Of a stretch of 64,000 bases of DNA, positions 59,653 through 64,000 are shown piece by piece (the stretch's first letter is position 1; each line of letters begins with the position of its first letter). Location: contig CATKXS010000002.1 of NCBI GenBank assembly GCA_949841045.1, forward strand, positions 30,246 through 94,245, read 5' to 3'. Origin of the DNA: an uncultured Clostridia bacterium (GTDB lineage: Bacteria > Bacillota > Clostridia > Christensenellales > UBA1242). The notes under the pieces were generated by a model that was not told where the DNA came from, did no database searches, and was given only the letters and a program-made list of their open reading frames with translations. A program made the position numbers and the translations under genes.

Positions 59653-60738
59653 TTAATTTTCTTCCTTTTTATTATTCTTTTCTTGTGCTTGGGTCTCAGT
59701 TTGTGCAACATTCTCATTTATTTTAAGCTCTGTTGCTCTACCTTCATTTTCTGATACCTTTTCAGCTTTTTTAACTTTTTTAGACTTATTTTTGCTTGGA
59801 TTTTTATTTCTCTTGGTGGTAAAAATTTTTGCAAGGTCAACCTCTTCAAGGTCAATATGTTTATTTTCTTCTCTTTTCTTCTCAACTCGTTCTGGCAAAC
59901 CTTGTCCAAGTACTGGACTTTCAGGGTTGTCCGTTCTTTGACGTACTTCAAGTTGATTGTATGGGATAGAAATATTATTGCGTTTAAATTCGTTAAAAAC
60001 CATCTCCATTATATCATAATAAACCGTCCAATAGTCTTCCCTATCACACCAGCATCTTGCAGTAAATTCAAGACTTGAATCTTTCATTGCGCATAACCTG
60101 CAAAATGGTTCGGGATTCAATAGCACAAGCCCATTACTTTTCATACAATCAATTACAATCTTTTTAACCTGTTCTACATCACAACTATAAGCTACATTAA
60201 ATGTAAAATTAACCCTTCTAGTCAGATTGCTGTCATAGTCGATAACAGCATTGTTAACAATTTTTGAGTTTGGAATAGTAATTCGCTTGTTGTCTGGAGT
60301 TACAATTGTTGTATAAAGAAAGTTTATTTGAGTAATTGAACCTTCAACGCCGTCAACATTAATATAATCGCCTTTTTTAAACATTTTGCTTGAAACAATA
60401 ATTATTCCATTTGCAACATTAGCGATATTATCTTGAAGTGCCAAGCCAACAGATAAGAATAATGCACTTAAAGCGGTAATAATACCAGTTATTTCAATTC
60501 CTATAATACTAAGAAGTGCTAAACATAGACATAAATATAATAAAAGCCTTATTACACCAACAATAAAACCAACAGCAATTTTTTCCATTTTGGTTTTGTT
60601 TAGTATGCGCTTGATAATATTTATAATAAGTTTTACAAGTATAATTCCTAAAAATAAAACAGCAAAAAAGAGAACTATGTTCCACACATTAGTCTTAAAA
60701 TAATTTTTAATATCATTCCAAATAGCTGCCCAATTCAT
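59653..60738 (-). CDS. mechanosensitive ion channel (MscS family) with a Lys-rich C-terminal extension
   Basis: Three TM helices followed by the GDYINVDGVEGSITQINFLYTTIVTPDNKRITIPNSKIVNN beta-domain motif. The last ~90 aa are highly charged. Confidence 0.85.
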   Translation of the reverse strand: MNWAAIWNDIKNYFKTNVWNIVLFFAVLFLGIILVKLIINIIKRILNKTKMEKIAVGFIVGVIRLLLYLCLCLALLSIIGIEITGIITALSALFLSVGLALQDNIANVANGIIIVSSKMFKKGDYINVDGVEGSITQINFLYTTIVTPDNKRITIPNSKIVNNAVIDYDSNLTRRVNFTFNVAYSCDVEQVKKIVIDCMKSNGLVLLNPEPFCRLCAMKDSSLEFTARCWCDREDYWTVYYDIMEMVFNEFKRNNISIPYNQLEVRQRTDNPESPVLGQGLPERVEKKREENKHIDLEEVDLAKIFTTKRNKNPSKNKSKKVKKAEKVSENEGRATELKINENVAQTETQAQEKNNKKEEN

Positions 60739-60858
60739 ATAGGAATAATAACACTAAAAAAAGAATAAATCAAATAAAATAGACGATTTTTAAAATTTCT
60801 CAGCATTTTTCATCAGTAATTATAGGCTCATTTAATAATAAAAAAGGCCTTTTAAGCC

Positions 60859-61497
60859 TTATTTTAAAATATTCTTTAAAAATTCACCTATTTTGGCATC
60901 TTTGCAATCTTTGAAATACACATTTTTAAAGAATGGATAATCAATTGTCTCAATCAAGAACGCCTTATCAATCTCTTTTAAAATAGTTAGCATATCTTTA
61001 TGCGTAACAGTTTTTACTTTATCAAGAACTTTTTTGTTTTGACGTTCTGGCACCGCCCTCTCTTTTGGATAACCATTTCCACCATTTGTAGAGAGGAGTT
61101 TTGTAAACATATTTTCAAGGTCTAGTTCACTTCCCCAGCCAAAACCTTTTGCAAACGCAAAACTTGCTGCATTGCCATCATTTATTTCACGAAACATAAA
61201 AGCGTCACTAGCATCTGTAATATGACCGCAAAGTACATTTGGAAAACTATTTAAAGCAAGCATTGCTCCCTGTCCAGTACCACAGCCAGTAATTACAAAA
61301 TCAACAGCCTTTGAATTTAATAGTATTGCTGAAAGCAGTCCTGCTTTAACATATGTTAAACTGTGCGGGTCATCAGCACGATACATTCCATAATTGACAA
61401 CTTCACAATCAAAATTTTTTGCAACTTTATTTAGGACCGAATATATTAGCTCATTTTTACTAGCTTGGCTATTTTCATTTATTAAAGCGATTTTCAT
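60859..61497 (-). CDS. RpiB/LacA/LacB family sugar-phosphate isomerase (long form)
   Basis: ITGCGTGQGAMLALNSFPNV resembles the RpiB active-site loop (CGTG.G). Start at ATG 61497, 6 nt after AGAGG; the track start is a GTG. Confidence 0.55.
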   Translation of the reverse strand: MKIALINENSQASKNELIYSVLNKVAKNFDCEVVNYGMYRADDPHSLTYVKAGLLSAILLNSKAVDFVITGCGTGQGAMLALNSFPNVLCGHITDASDAFMFREINDGNAASFAFAKGFGWGSELDLENMFTKLLSTNGGNGYPKERAVPERQNKKVLDKVKTVTHKDMLTILKEIDKAFLIETIDYPFFKNVYFKDCKDAKIGEFLKNILK

Positions 61498-61699
61498 AAA
61501 CACCTCTTAACAATATTTTATCATTTTTATACGAATTTGGCAAATAAAATAACCTTGAAAATTTAAACAAATTAAATTTTAGTTTTTGTCCGAAAACTCT
61601 TTGCCCTGTAGCAAAGCAAGGACATTTGGTATGAGCGGAAATTCCGTCAAGTATCTAGGTATACTTGGCTGTTTGACGATATTTCATACTTCATAAAAA

Positions 61700-61727
61700 C
61701 AAAAAATAAATCGAAAAAATTCGATTT
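61700..61727 (-). terminator. intrinsic terminator overlapping the stop codon of the upstream gene
   Basis: The minus strand reads TAAATCGA-ATTTTT-TCGATTT followed by ATTTTTTGTTTTT. Confidence 0.7.
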
Positions 61728-62502
61728 ACTTAAATTTTCTGTTAAATTCACAAGCACATGCAAGTCCTATTGGAATAATTCTTGAAGCAGAAGAAAGGTC
61801 ATCGTTGTCAATTAAGCTCCGCGCATCATACTCTTCGCCTCCAAGATTGTCAGCTCCATAGAGTATTTGAGCAAACTTAAATCCTCTAAACTTAGCCACA
61901 GCTGTGAGTGCTGAGCATTCCATTTCAACGGTGATTGCACCACGACTTTTTCTATCCTCAACCTTTCCTTTGGTTTCACGATAAAATGCGTCAGTTGTCC
62001 AAGTCTTTCCTTTTGCTGGCTTAATTTTGAAAGATTTTATAACTTCTTCGAGCGCGTCAACACACTCCTTGTCGAGTTCAATTTCATCTTCAGCCGGAAG
62101 ATAATGATAACTTGTACCTTCATCTCTTATTGCAGAAGTTGGCAATATGATTGAATAATTTTCCATTGCCTCTATAAGACAACCACAACTTCCAATAAAG
62201 ATAAAGTTTTTCGCGCCTAGAGCACCAAGCTCTTCCATAATCATTACACTTGCAGGAGCTCCTACAGGTGCTTGCATTACTGCAATGTCCTCACCTTTAA
62301 CATTTATTCTATATATAGGAAAAACCTTAACAGCATTTGCAAGCTTTTCTATCTCTTGAGGATGATAAACCTCTACAATTTCTTCAATAATTTTTTTAGA
62401 AAAATATGCGACACAAGTCTTTGGGAAATCTTGAGAGCGCTTTACAAGTGCTTCAGGATTTATTACAGCATTTATATCTTTGTCAAATTCACTTAATAGC
62501 AT
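61726..62502 (-). CDS. nucleoside phosphorylase (PNP/UDP family 1, uridine phosphorylase-like)
   Basis: GAPASVMIMEEL, SCG and VEMECSAL motifs. 258 aa. Confidence 0.75.
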   Translation of the reverse strand: MLLSEFDKDINAVINPEALVKRSQDFPKTCVAYFSKKIIEEIVEVYHPQEIEKLANAVKVFPIYRINVKGEDIAVMQAPVGAPASVMIMEELGALGAKNFIFIGSCGCLIEAMENYSIILPTSAIRDEGTSYHYLPAEDEIELDKECVDALEEVIKSFKIKPAKGKTWTTDAFYRETKGKVEDRKSRGAITVEMECSALTAVAKFRGFKFAQILYGADNLGGEEYDARSLIDNDDLSSASRIIPIGLACACEFNRKFK

Positions 62503-62513
62503 ATTTTCTCCTA

Positions 62514-63026
62514 TTATTCTATCTCATCTTCAAGTTCATCTTCTTCAAACTCAAATGTTTCCTTAACATCAGTATTAAAGTCAACACGATTTTTCACATT
62601 CTCTAAATCAACTCTTAATAATAACCTTGTTGCTTCTTCTTCGTATTCTTCAAAACCTAGCGATTTATAAAATTTTTGTGACGGAATATTTGACTTACTA
62701 ACATAAACACATAAGTTTTTAAAGCCTTTTGAATGTCGTTTTATATATTTATATAGATTAACAGCTACGCCTTTTTGCTTATAGTCATTTGCAATAGCTA
62801 TTTGTCTAACATATAAAGTATCAACGAATCTGCTTGAACATACAAATCCGATACATTTATCATTTTCTTTTGCAATAACGATAATATCGCTTGCTTTAAA
62901 AGTTTTTAACACATAGCGATTTCTCAATCGTCCACCATTAAAAATTAAATTTTCTAAAATGATTTTATCAAGTTCTTCATATTCTTTTTTTGAAAAGCTG
63001 TCTGAACTTTTAATTTCATACCTCAT
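62514..63026 (-). CDS. GNAT family N-acetyltransferase
   Basis: VRQIAIANDYKQKGVAVNLYKYI (motif A, Q/RxxGxA) and YKSLGFEE. Start at MRYEIK (63026), 5 nt after AAGGAGA. Confidence 0.7.
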   Translation of the reverse strand: MRYEIKSSDSFSKKEYEELDKIILENLIFNGGRLRNRYVLKTFKASDIIVIAKENDKCIGFVCSSRFVDTLYVRQIAIANDYKQKGVAVNLYKYIKRHSKGFKNLCVYVSKSNIPSQKFYKSLGFEEYEEEATRLLLRVDLENVKNRVDFNTDVKETFEFEEDELEDEIE

Positions 63027-63240
63027 TTGTTTCTCCTTTTCTGATAAGTATATTACAAAAAGCACGAACTTGCTTGCAAGAGTGAGTACACTGAATCCTA
63101 AAAATAGTAAAGTGTAATGAAATTTATTTCATGATAATTGCGAGATTATCAGTTGCCAACGGCAATTTCACATAACTATTATAACATACAAAATTAAATT
63201 TGCATATATTTTAAACAATTTATTTTGATTTTTTTTGAAA

Positions 63241-63714
63241 TTATCTTAACTTAATGCCAGCACTTACAAATTCGTATACGTTTTTTAACATCTCCTCTTC
63301 AGAAATTTCACATTTTCCTACAACGCTGGACGAAGAAAATTCGCCTTCAAGCCCAAACTTATCATTATCCGAATAACCCACAAACTCAGTCAACATTATT
63401 TCAGATTCATAATTCACACTAAATTCTTTGCCATCATAAATCCAATTGGTGCTATAACAAATCATCCCCAAACTTTTAACAACATTAACTAGCATATTAA
63501 GTTCTTCAGCAATTTCTCTCTTAATAGCAATTTCGTTGTTTTCGCCCTCTTCCACTCCTCCGCCAGCGAGTTGATACTTCCATTTTCTTCCCTCTGCTTC
63601 TTTCAAAACAACAAACTTATCATCTTTTTTAACAACTGCATAAACCTTTTTGCAAGGCAGACCTTTCAAAAATAGTTCATACATTTTTTTTGCTTTTGCC
63701 TCTGAATATCCCAT
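63241..63714 (-). CDS. NUDIX hydrolase
   Basis: Nudix box GGGVEEGENNEIAIKREIAEELNM. 157 aa. Confidence 0.8.
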   Translation of the reverse strand: MGYSEAKAKKMYELFLKGLPCKKVYAVVKKDDKFVVLKEAEGRKWKYQLAGGGVEEGENNEIAIKREIAEELNMLVNVVKSLGMICYSTNWIYDGKEFSVNYESEIMLTEFVGYSDNDKFGLEGEFSSSSVVGKCEISEEEMLKNVYEFVSAGIKLR

Positions 63715-63724
63715 AATTATTCCT

Positions 63725-63952
63725 TTATTTTCCTCCCATCCTTTTCATATCACTTAAAGAAATAAAACTCTTAAGCTCTTCCATATCAAAATCTTTGGAA
63801 TCAATTAAATTTAAAATTCTCTCATATGCTCTTTCTTCTAAATCTTCTGATATGGATTTTTTAAAATATATCCCTGTGATATAAATTTCAAAAGCATCTA
63901 ATAATTCCCATAAATATTCTGAAACGCTACCAGAAAATAAACAACTTTGCAT
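63725..63952 (-). CDS. hypothetical small protein (75 aa)
   Basis: ORF track only. Lies 10 nt upstream of the Nudix gene. No motif recognised. Confidence 0.4.
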   Translation of the reverse strand: MQSCLFSGSVSEYLWELLDAFEIYITGIYFKKSISEDLEERAYERILNLIDSKDFDMEELKSFISLSDMKRMGGK

Positions 63953-64000
63953 TACTCTATATTTATTACTATTTTTGTAAGCATGCTCAATTCTATAATC

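Overview
AT-rich (roughly one-third GC by eye) chromosomal segment from a low-GC Firmicutes-type bacterium, Clostridia-like, with sporulation genes present. It uses the standard genetic code, and almost every gene is on the minus strand. Most of the window is core housekeeping in familiar synteny: Rrf2 regulator and nifS, polA, rarA, sigK, the ftsY-smc-rnc-plsX block, rpmF, ackA-pta, rnhA, mnmA, scpAB, a D-Ala-D-Ala carboxypeptidase, ynbB-miaA-mutL-mutS-miaB, a class A PBP, recA-pgsA-rimO-ftsK, a PdaB-like deacetylase, cmk and an MscS channel. RNA genes are RNase P RNA (rnpB, with consensus promoter and terminator), one tRNA-Ser(GGA), and a complete 16S rRNA gene that stands alone: no 23S or 5S anywhere in the window. 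I found no CRISPR array, cas genes, transposase, integrase, phage genes or recognisable defence system. The most unusual structure is a family of related ~38-bp imperfect inverted repeats bracketing two self-contained single-gene cassettes (about 636-1529 and 33330-34534). The second cassette is also flanked by an 8-bp direct duplication (ATATTGAA) and carries a GC-enriched cluster of hairpins. This looks like a non-autonomous, passenger-carrying mobile or invertible element family with no recombinase in view. Other points worth a second look: a diadenylate-cyclase-like protein lacking the RHR motif; a degenerate class III cyclase-like membrane protein; an E2 acyltransferase-like protein with DERxxDG in place of DHRxxDG; a YdeN-like hydrolase gene with an in-frame TAA and a G9 tract; a MiaB lacking its TRAM domain; plsX abutting rnc with no fabD-fabG-acpP; covarying substitutions in the 16S decoding helix; and a tandem 37-nt repeat beside the 16S gene. 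All product calls come from motif and synteny recognition by eye. No database search, RNA folding or statistics could be run.
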